Assembly (NCBI GenBank): GCA_963977445.1
Contig: CAXBPH010000186.1
Span: 1 to 14,217, forward strand
Source of the DNA: an uncultured bacterium
GTDB lineage: Bacteria; Hydrogenedentota; Hydrogenedentia; Hydrogenedentales; JAEUWI01
Reading direction: 5' to 3'
DNA: 14,217 nucleotides
In this document: positions 8,401 through 14,217 of the stretch, piece after piece
Layout: each line of letters begins with the position of its first letter
How positions within the stretch are numbered: the first letter of the stretch is position 1
The notes under the pieces: model-generated
The model's database searches: none
Seen by the model: only the letters and a program-made list of their open reading frames with translations
What the model was told of the DNA's origin: nothing
Program-made: the position numbers and the translations under genes

Positions 8401-9025
8401 TTCCCGAGGGGCGCAGCTCCAGTTCGATCAAAGTCTGGGTCTCGTCATCGGTCAATCCGGCGGTGGTTACGGCACTGGCACCATCCTTTTCGGCGATGAC
8501 GCAAAGTCGCCCGCCTCGATTACCTGAAACCGCATTGACGGGAAGGTTGGTAATACGAAACTGGCCCCGATCGTCCGATTGGGTGGTCCACCGTGCAGGA
8601 TCGTCGGGGTAGGGGTCATAGGAATTCTCGCGCAGGACATAGTCCAGCACGACGCGGGCACCGGCAACGGGTGAGCCGTCGCCATGCCACGTAACGACAC
8701 CGGACACGATGCCCGGACCCCGGGGACGCTTCGCGTTTTTCGCCGCTTTTTCTTCGGGCGTATCATTGCTGTCTTCGTCGGCCGTGGCGGCCAGCTCTTC
8801 GTCAAATTCGGACGCCGAGGAGCGTGGCGAAGCGGCAGCGCTGGGAGAAGAGCCCGAGGAGAGGTTTAGATCAGCGCTGCTATCCGTTTGTCGAGTGGGC
8901 CTGGTAGAGCGGGATGACTCGACTCCGGGCGCAACTTTTTCCTCCTGGAAAAGGAGGAAACCGATACACCCCAACACCACAACAAAAAATAGTCCGATTA
9001 AAGACAGGCGTAGATTGTCACCCAT
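5408..9025 (-). CDS. Large membrane-anchored extracytoplasmic protein with about 12 carboxypeptidase-regulatory-like (CarboxypepD_reg / CnaB-like beta-sandwich) repeats
   Basis: Start moved from 9073 to ATG 9025, which has AGGGAG 8 nt upstream; 1205 aa. It has an N-terminal TM/signal anchor (LSLIGLFFVVVLGCIGFLLF), a Ser/Pro/acidic linker, then 12 units of GxISGxVxDxxGxPIxGAxV...TDxxGxFxxxxLxxGxYxL. No catalytic domain recognised. Confidence 0.85.
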   Translation of the reverse strand: MGDNLRLSLIGLFFVVVLGCIGFLLFQEEKVAPGVESSRSTRPTRQTDSSADLNLSSGSSPSAAASPRSSASEFDEELAATADEDSNDTPEEKAAKNAKRPRGPGIVSGVVTWHGDGSPVAGARVVLDYVLRENSYDPYPDDPARWTTQSDDRGQFRITNLPVNAVSGNRGGRLCVIAEKDGASAVTTAGLTDDETQTLIELELRPSGSISGQVLNGEGAPVAGAIVTPESIEEKGQERYSYGARNVWASTDKEGRFALANLVKGTWKLSVGATDYASEITEAFKTGEVNAKIVLKQGSSISGSVTEAKGGKAVPNIYVTVNDEKNGRNQQRVLTDKDGAFEATALADSDYVIRLDDEERILVGESPRVTLSNAEPVDGVELKIIDGGSVSGLVTDAETGAPISGIRIQARGNQPSTGRELQGISDASGFYRISGMPGGSFTLRRRWKEGYLHGESRENKTVSLQLGEALENIDFAVRRGLTISGIVVDKAGDPVQGVNVACNPIVDNGEGENVLTTEDGTFSLRGFSPNVDVEIRVSGRGYTAPKLGPLSTGDSGLEDIEIVVAPGASITGVVVDTAGKPLPDMFVSVASADGSFNNGSELTGPDGEFVIKSLDAGSYRLTVRRRNSWSQNQQGEQEVTVTQGQELTGVRLVFEAGPGSTISGRITNAAGEAIEGASVNAYSPTGGSSAYVQADTEGKYELTVDEGLSYNMQIHHPRYSHQQREGIEAGTRNLDVVLEGRGTVEGQVVDATTGRPIANFEITHSQGLANDEYSYQTSNYVSFYDEEGHFSIDTVEAGEATIYAKAAGYAPQIQHVPYVAPDDVTGGVQFRLQPGASIEGVVRDMQGAPVQNARIFLLAQVQPWMLNNNSSGAAATTDAEGRFDIHSVGEDLAKITAIHPDFPDTTVDVQLVHGQSTHVEIVMTGGATIEGTVYANGAPIANQHVFAQSLAQGQHRSTTDANGFYTLDKLPAGEVMIQAQVTRDGATKSQNKTVTVEAGFTTTVDLSVDFGSGAIEGTITIGGQAISEGFVVASMPGEDSAGQQVQGVVSPNATYAISGLSTGTYRVMFHAVAAGSTQRQMRVIDTTVTDGQTTRLDVEIDEGAHIQGIVSGISSAGQSQVIAVNGNIQTDNIATLFTSPDFQANVAGFSMVEAGGAFDVGGLGGGTYTVFAVEIGSNGFDGARFASATVEVGSTGTVELNIAIP

Positions 9026-9085
9026 GCCGCATGCTCCCTGCGTTAACTGTTTCAATATAACAACGTACCGCAACGTTAGAATATC

Positions 9086-9114
9086 ATGCTACTGCCGAAG
9101 CGCAGGAAATACAA
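9086..9114 (-). promoter_or_regulatory. Possible promoter for the repeat-protein gene
   Basis: Minus strand TTGTAT (9114-9109), 17 bp, TAGCAT (9091-9086). An alternative extended -10, TGnTATTCT, has its hexamer at 9083-9078. Confidence 0.3.
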
Positions 9115-9176
9115 CAAAAAAACGGGTGGTATTCAAACCTTGCCAGAGCGTCTTCCATTGACCCTGTATTTTATGT

Positions 9177-9205
9177 TTGACAACTGAATAAATATACAGT
9201 ATTCT
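9177..9205 (+). promoter_or_regulatory. Sigma70 promoter of the helicase gene
   Basis: Perfect -35 TTGACA (9177-9182), 17-bp spacer, -10 TATTCT (9200-9205), RBS GGGAGG (9221-9226) and ATG at 9231. Confidence 0.8.
9182..9201. promoter_or_regulatory. LexA (SOS) box, E. coli type CTG-N10-CAG
   Basis: AACTGAATAAATATACAGTA versus the consensus TACTGTATATATATACAGTA (17/20). CTG is at 9184-9186 and CAG at 9197-9199, with an A/T-only core, sitting between -35 and -10. Confidence 0.7.
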
Positions 9206-9230
9206 GAGGTCTGCAAAAACGGGAGGCGTC

Positions 9231-11846
9231 ATGAAGATCAATCAGTTGCTCCAATATGAAATCCCTGAGGACGTGGTAGGGCGTTGGCGTACCTATGGGT
9301 GCGAGACCTTGTTGCCCTTGCAGGAAGAGGCCGTAAAACGACACGATCTTTTTGGCGCGAGGAACCTGCTGGTCCAGGCCCCCACAAGCTCGGGCAAAAC
9401 CTTTGTGGGAGAGATGGCGGCCATCCATACGGCTTTGCGTCAGAAGCAGGTGGTCTATCTGGTGCCCTTGAAGGCCCTGGCGGAAGAGAAATACCGCGAA
9501 TTTCATCAGAAATACACCGATTATGGCCTCAAGGTGATTTTATCGACCCGGGACCATCGCGCCCACGACCAGGAGTTGGAGCAGGGGAATTTCTCGATTG
9601 CCGTGGTGGTCTACGAGAAGCTTGCCCAATTGCTGGTGCGGCGGCCGGAGCGGGCGGCGGAAATCGATTTGGTTATCGCCGATGAACTGGAAATCCTCAG
9701 CGACCCCGAGCGGGGGCCCGGCGCGGAACTGCTGCTCACCCGGCTTCGTCAATCCCAGTGTCGTCTTATCGGGCTGTCGGCGGTTATCGGGGGTGCCCAA
9801 CGCCTGGCAAACTGGATGGACGCGACGCTGGTGCAATCGGACCAACGGCCTGTGGAGCTGCGCTACGGGGTCTTGTATGAAGGGGAATTTCACTACCGGA
9901 GCTGTAATGCCATGGGGCAGGGGAGTGAATCCCTGGTTGCGGGGTCCGGGGAATCTGCCGAAGAAGTCGCCCTGGAAAATCTTGCCGTCTTCGCCGAAGC
10001 GGGGGAGCGCAGTCTGGTTTTTGTGCGGGCGAAGCAGGATACCCGCCGGGGTGCTGATCGGATAGCGGCGCGATTGGATTTGCCCGCGGCGACCGTAGCG
10101 ATGGCCGCGTTGGAAGGCCTGGAGCCGACCCGATCCCGGGAAGCCTTGTTGGCGGTCATGGCCCACGGGGTCGCCTTTCACAATGCCGATCTTTCGCCGG
10201 AGGAACGGGTGGTGGTGGAGGAGGCCTTTCGTGTGGGTGAGGTGCTGGTGCTGGTGTCGACGAGCACCCTGGCCGTGGGACTGAATCTGCCCGCTCGGAA
10301 TGTGTTCCTCACCACGGAGAAATGGCGCTATGATAGCCAGCTGGGCATGCCGTGGAAGACGCCCGTATCGCATATGGAATATGAAAACATGGGCGGCCGG
10401 GCCGGGCGCCTGGGCATGGGCTACGACTATGGGCGGGCTATTCTCGTCGCCACATCGCCTTTCGAGAAGGAATTGTGCTGGCGGCGCTATGTGGAAGGCA
10501 CGCGGGAGTGTATTGAGCCCCAACTGGGGCGGGTGCCTTTGGAAGATCATGTGTTGCGCCTCGTGGCGTCGGGTCATTGTCGCACCCTGCGGGCCCTGGC
10601 GGCGTTCCTGGAACAGACCCTGACCGGCCAATGGGTCTGGGCGGAAACGGTCACCCCGGAAGAAACCCGCTCCCGGATTCGTGCGGCCGTCCACCGTTGT
10701 GTCAGCTACGACCTCATTGTAGAGGTTCCCGAAGAGGAGGGCCGTCCCATGGAGGCTACGCCCTTTGGACGGGCCGTGGCACAGAAAGGAATCGGGGTGG
10801 AGACCGCACGCTTGCTGCGAACGTGGGCCGAGGCGTCGCGCTACCGGGAATGGTGTGTTGCCGACGTGGTGTATGCCGCCGCCAGCACCCCCGAAGGGCG
10901 CGCGACCCAGGTTCTCCTTACGACCCGGGAATATGACGAGGCCGGTTACGTGGCGGAGTTGCGGGAGCGGACGCGACATGCCGGCATGGATAGGGACCTG
11001 CCCCTGGGCCGATTGTGTGCTGCGCGACTGCAACCCTTCTTCGAAGAGGTCCGTGCCACAAAAGTCACCTTGTTTCTACTGGATTGGCTCGACCAAATCC
11101 CTATATATGCCGTAGAGGAACGATACAACACAATGTCAGGACAAGTAATTGCGTCATCAGCGCAACTTTCCTGGTTGATTGACGCCATCGGGGCCATCGC
11201 CGTTGCGCAAGGGATGGAAGGACCCTTTACCGACAGGCTCGCCCGATTGGCTGCGAGCCTGTCCTGTGGTCTGGGCGAAGCGTTGCTGCCCGTGCACCAC
11301 GCCATGGAGGGTGGGCTGACCCGCGCCGAAGCGATTCAGCTTGGGGAGGTGGGGCTCGGTACCTTGGCGGCCCTTGCGGAAGCGCCCTTGTCCGTGCTTA
11401 CGCGCTATTTCGACGAAAATCGGGCCTGTCAGCTGCAGGTCCTTGCGAAAGCGGCCGTGCCGGTCGAGACGGCGATGGAGGGCGAGGTAGATTCCGCTGG
11501 CGCCCCGCCCCGTCTGGTGATTGATGAAGGGAAGCCCAATGAGATTGCCCTGGATGCCCATGTCGTGCCCCTGCAGCGTAAGCAATACGAGTTGATTCGT
11601 CTATTGGCCCAGGTGCCGGGGGAGTGCGTCCGTTACGAAACCATCTATGACACCTTGTGGAAAGGAGTGTGCGTTGAGCAGAGCCAGATGCACTATCAAA
11701 AACGGACCCTGCTTCAGCGCATCCAGGAGGCCTGTCCCGGCCGGGAAAAGGGCCTGATCGTTACACGAAGTCGCTATGGCTATGCACTCAACATGGCGCC
11801 CGACGCGGTTCTTGTTCGGCCGGCACCGGTCGTCTCAACGGCATAG
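9231..11846 (+). CDS. Ski2-like/Hel308-like SF2 helicase fused to a C-terminal OmpR/PhoB-type winged-helix DNA-binding domain
   Basis: 871 aa with Q motif LLPLQEEA, I APTSSGKT, Ia VPLKALAEEKYREF, II ADELE followed by DPERGP, III LSAV, RPVEL, IV LVFV, GVAFHNADL, V STSTLAVGLNLPA and VI NMGGRAGRLG. It also has the Hel308 winged-helix ATPFGR and an HhH-like segment. Residues ~759-855 match the Trans_reg_C pattern (LQRKQYELIRLLAQVPGECVRYETIYDTLW...LIVTRSRYGYAL). Confidence 0.9.
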   Translation: MKINQLLQYEIPEDVVGRWRTYGCETLLPLQEEAVKRHDLFGARNLLVQAPTSSGKTFVGEMAAIHTALRQKQVVYLVPLKALAEEKYREFHQKYTDYGLKVILSTRDHRAHDQELEQGNFSIAVVVYEKLAQLLVRRPERAAEIDLVIADELEILSDPERGPGAELLLTRLRQSQCRLIGLSAVIGGAQRLANWMDATLVQSDQRPVELRYGVLYEGEFHYRSCNAMGQGSESLVAGSGESAEEVALENLAVFAEAGERSLVFVRAKQDTRRGADRIAARLDLPAATVAMAALEGLEPTRSREALLAVMAHGVAFHNADLSPEERVVVEEAFRVGEVLVLVSTSTLAVGLNLPARNVFLTTEKWRYDSQLGMPWKTPVSHMEYENMGGRAGRLGMGYDYGRAILVATSPFEKELCWRRYVEGTRECIEPQLGRVPLEDHVLRLVASGHCRTLRALAAFLEQTLTGQWVWAETVTPEETRSRIRAAVHRCVSYDLIVEVPEEEGRPMEATPFGRAVAQKGIGVETARLLRTWAEASRYREWCVADVVYAAASTPEGRATQVLLTTREYDEAGYVAELRERTRHAGMDRDLPLGRLCAARLQPFFEEVRATKVTLFLLDWLDQIPIYAVEERYNTMSGQVIASSAQLSWLIDAIGAIAVAQGMEGPFTDRLARLAASLSCGLGEALLPVHHAMEGGLTRAEAIQLGEVGLGTLAALAEAPLSVLTRYFDENRACQLQVLAKAAVPVETAMEGEVDSAGAPPRLVIDEGKPNEIALDAHVVPLQRKQYELIRLLAQVPGECVRYETIYDTLWKGVCVEQSQMHYQKRTLLQRIQEACPGREKGLIVTRSRYGYALNMAPDAVLVRPAPVVSTA

Positions 11847-11852
11847 GGCGCA

Positions 11853-11882
11853 TTGAGGGGCAAGCGAGCCCTCGTGTACCAT
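11853..11882 (+). promoter_or_regulatory. Possible promoter for the phosphodiesterase gene
   Basis: TTGAGG (11853-11858), 18 bp, TACCAT (11877-11882). This overlaps the ORF-track ATG, which favours a downstream start codon. Confidence 0.3.
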
Positions 11883-11940
11883 GTTCACGGCGAATATAGT
11901 GCAACCCATCCCCCAAAGAAGTAGAGAGGACGGCAGTCTT

Positions 11941-13914
11941 TTGAAGGTACAACATCTGTTTGGCAGTTTGATGATTCGTGGTTTCGGATTGGCCGTGCTG
12001 CTGGTGAGTCTGGTCCATCCCGCTAACGCGGGGCGGGTGGTCATACTTGGATTTGATGGGGCCGATCCCCACGTAGTAGACGATATGATTCGCGCGGGCG
12101 AACTACCCAACCTGGCGAAACTGAAGACCTCCGGCAGTTATCAACCCCTGGGTTCCAGCAGTCCGCCCCAATCGCCCACGGCGTGGTCGTCGTTTTCCAC
12201 GTGCAAGACGCCCCTGAATCACGGTATCTACGATTTCCTCAAGCGAAATCCCAAGACCTATTTTCCGGCACCGGGATTCGGCCGACTGTCCCATGCCGAA
12301 CTCGACGGCAGTGGTGCCCTGAAGACCCCTGCCCAGTACATTTCCAATCGTCAGGGAGACAGTTTCTGGAAGGTGGCCAGTGATCAGGGATTGAAGGTCA
12401 AGTCCCTGCTGGTGCCCTTCGCCTACCCCGCAGATGAACTTTCCGATGAATGTCGCATGCTCTGTGGCCTGGATGTGCCCGACATTCGGGGCACCCAGAG
12501 CACCTACTTTGCCTTGTCCACCGAATTCACCGCGCCCGAGTCGGTGCCGGGTGGTCAGCGTCTGCCCCTCAACCTCTCCAATGGGAACGGGGTGGTTCAG
12601 ATTCCTGGAATTCGTAAGCCGGGTACGGCCGACTACGTGGAAGTGCCCCTCAACGTATCGGTGGATGGTGCCGCGAAATCGGTTGCCCTCACGGTTCAGG
12701 GAGAGACGGTTACCCTCAAGGCCGGGGAATGGAGCGACTGGGTTTCGTGGGACTTTGCGTTGTCACCCGCTTTTTCCGTGAAGGCCATTAGCCGCTATTT
12801 CGCCACGGAAGTGGGGGACACCACCCGAATCTACATGACCTGTCTCCAGTTTCATCCAGAAGCGCCCTACACGGCCATCAGCAGTCCGTCAAGCTATGCC
12901 GCCGAGTTGGTTAAGCGCGGGGGACTCTACAAGACCATTGGCTGGGCCTACGATACGAAAGCGCTCGAACGAGATGACATGAGCGAAGCCATGTTCCTGG
13001 AGGACGTACAACGCACCATGTCGTGGCGGGAGCAATTGGTCCTCGATGAAATAGACGCCGGTAATTTTGACCTGTTGGTCTGCGCATGGACCGGTACCGA
13101 CCGTGTTGCCCACATGTTCTGGGGTTACCGCGACCCCAAGCACCCTCTCTATTCCAAGGCCATGTTCGAAAAGTATGGACGCGTCGTAGAAGATACCTAC
13201 ATGAAGATGGACAGTATCGTGGGCAATGTGATGACACGTCTCGAGGACGACGACCTGCTCATGGTCATGTCTGACCATGGGTTCCACAGCTTCCGCAAGG
13301 GCTTCAGCGTCAATACCTGGCTGGTCCGAAATGGCTACCTGGCGGTCCGTGGCAAGCCCGACGCCGACACGGCCTACACCGATGTGAAATTCATGTATGA
13401 CCGCGCAACCCGTGGGTATACCTATGACTGGTCCAAGACGAAAGCCTATGGTTTGGGCCTCGGTATGATCTTCCTGAACCGCCAGGGGCGGGAGAAGGAA
13501 GGTATCGTCGGAGAAGGGGACGTGGCCGCACTCATTGAGGAAATTAAGACCAAATTACTCGCCGAGAAAGACCCCGAAACGGGGGAACCCGTTTTTCGCG
13601 CCATCTATACCAATGCCGATCCCAAAGGGGCCGCTACGGAAGATGCACCCGACTTGCAGCTCGGTTATGCCGAGGGCTATCAAACCGATAAGGCTTCGGC
13701 GGCGGGTGCGGCACCACAGGACCTGTTTTCCGTTAATGACAACAAGTGGAGTGGTGAACACGCCAGCTCGGACCACGAATTTACGTCCGGCATACTCTTC
13801 TCCAATCGCCCGCTGAAGACCGGCGCAACCTTGCTGGACCTGGGCGTGACGGCTCTCGAAACGTTGCAGGTAAAGGTGCCCGCTGATTTTGAAGGCAAGT
13901 CATTGCAGGAATAG
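11941..13914 (+). CDS. Secreted alkaline phosphatase superfamily protein (type I phosphodiesterase/nucleotide pyrophosphatase)
   Basis: Motifs VVILGFDGAD, LPNLAKL, PPQSPTAWSSF (nucleophile region), HGIYDF, DRVAHMFW, VMSDHGF and WSGEH. A signal peptide ends in ...LVHPANA|G. The likely start is TTG 11941 (GAGAGGA 10 nt upstream) or ATG 11971; the ORF is open from 11881. Confidence 0.85.
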   Translation: MKVQHLFGSLMIRGFGLAVLLVSLVHPANAGRVVILGFDGADPHVVDDMIRAGELPNLAKLKTSGSYQPLGSSSPPQSPTAWSSFSTCKTPLNHGIYDFLKRNPKTYFPAPGFGRLSHAELDGSGALKTPAQYISNRQGDSFWKVASDQGLKVKSLLVPFAYPADELSDECRMLCGLDVPDIRGTQSTYFALSTEFTAPESVPGGQRLPLNLSNGNGVVQIPGIRKPGTADYVEVPLNVSVDGAAKSVALTVQGETVTLKAGEWSDWVSWDFALSPAFSVKAISRYFATEVGDTTRIYMTCLQFHPEAPYTAISSPSSYAAELVKRGGLYKTIGWAYDTKALERDDMSEAMFLEDVQRTMSWREQLVLDEIDAGNFDLLVCAWTGTDRVAHMFWGYRDPKHPLYSKAMFEKYGRVVEDTYMKMDSIVGNVMTRLEDDDLLMVMSDHGFHSFRKGFSVNTWLVRNGYLAVRGKPDADTAYTDVKFMYDRATRGYTYDWSKTKAYGLGLGMIFLNRQGREKEGIVGEGDVAALIEEIKTKLLAEKDPETGEPVFRAIYTNADPKGAATEDAPDLQLGYAEGYQTDKASAAGAAPQDLFSVNDNKWSGEHASSDHEFTSGILFSNRPLKTGATLLDLGVTALETLQVKVPADFEGKSLQE

Positions 13915-14001
13915 AATAAGGGTTCTTCGTCGAATTACGGGGCATGTTCGTGCTTGGTGCTGCTCCCGATCCTGTCCCAGGCACATGGTGAACGCTATTA
14001 A

Positions 14002-14073
14002 TTCGGCCCGAAGGGCCAGCGCAGCGTTGTCCGCCGCGGCGGACTATGCTGCGCTGCCCCTTTGGGGCGCGAA
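14002..14073. repeat. 72-bp imperfect palindromic element with nested hairpins
   Basis: TTCG-GCCCGAAGGGC-CAGCGCAGC-GTT-GTCCGCCGCGGCGGAC-TAT-GCTGCGCTG-CCCCTTTGGGG-CGCGAA. The central 16 bp (14029-14044) are a perfect palindrome. Confidence 0.7.
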
Positions 14074-14160
14074 CTCTCCCTTGGCTAAGTAAACGTATTG
14101 GGATGCTGCCGTTCGCTCTAAGAATCTATCAAACCATTCCCGCAAATCGACGAAGACCCA

Positions 14161-14197
14161 ATAAAAAGTGGCACGGACAGCGATTGTCCGTGCCACT
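14161..14197 (-). terminator. Intrinsic terminator for a minus-strand gene beyond the right edge; stem related to the REP at 5130
   Basis: Perfect 13-bp stem AGTGGCACGGACA-GCGAT-TGTCCGTGCCACT (14167-14197), followed on the minus strand by TTTTAT. Confidence 0.65.
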
Positions 14198-14217
14198 CAA
14201 GTAGTACCATGAGATAA

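Noticed and set aside
9026..9073. ORF-track N-terminal extension of the repeat protein
   Set aside because: ATG 9025 has a good RBS and places the TM anchor at the N-terminus.
9540..11033. 497-aa minus-strand ORF
   Set aside because: Antisense shadow of the helicase, which has all SF2 motifs.
11096..11170. Short lower-GC patch inside the helicase gene
   Set aside because: The frame is intact and the protein remains Hel308-like; too short to support an insertion or internal promoter.
9231..11846. Hachiman (HamAB) or another known helicase-based defence system
   Set aside because: No HamA-like nuclease or other defence gene is adjacent, and the domain order and SOS box fit a Hel308-like repair role better.

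Overview
Moderately GC-rich bacterial window with seven coding regions; the gene style suggests a lineage such as Ca. Hydrogenedentes or PVC relatives (inference only). Left, minus strand: a tight three-gene operon. It encodes a B12-binding/radical-SAM-fold protein that has lost all three CxxxCxxC cysteines (2236-3918), a FabF-like ketosynthase with a Cys-His-Gln rather than Cys-His-His triad (983-2227), and a multi-TM HisKA_7TM-type sensor that the ORF track misses and that runs off the window edge (<1-980). A divergent hexapeptide-repeat O-acyltransferase (4240-4860) converges on a ~1205-aa membrane-anchored protein with about 12 carboxypeptidase-regulatory-like repeats (5408-9025), across a spacer holding REP-like elements. 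Right, plus strand: an archaeal-type Hel308/Ski2-like helicase fused to a C-terminal OmpR-type winged-helix domain (9231-11846). It sits behind a near-consensus sigma70 promoter with an E. coli-type SOS (LexA) box in the spacer. A secreted alkaline-phosphatase-superfamily phosphodiesterase follows, then a 72-bp palindromic element and a REP-related terminator. The best candidates for new systems are the altered-enzyme plus sensor operon and the SOS-boxed Hel308-wHTH fusion.
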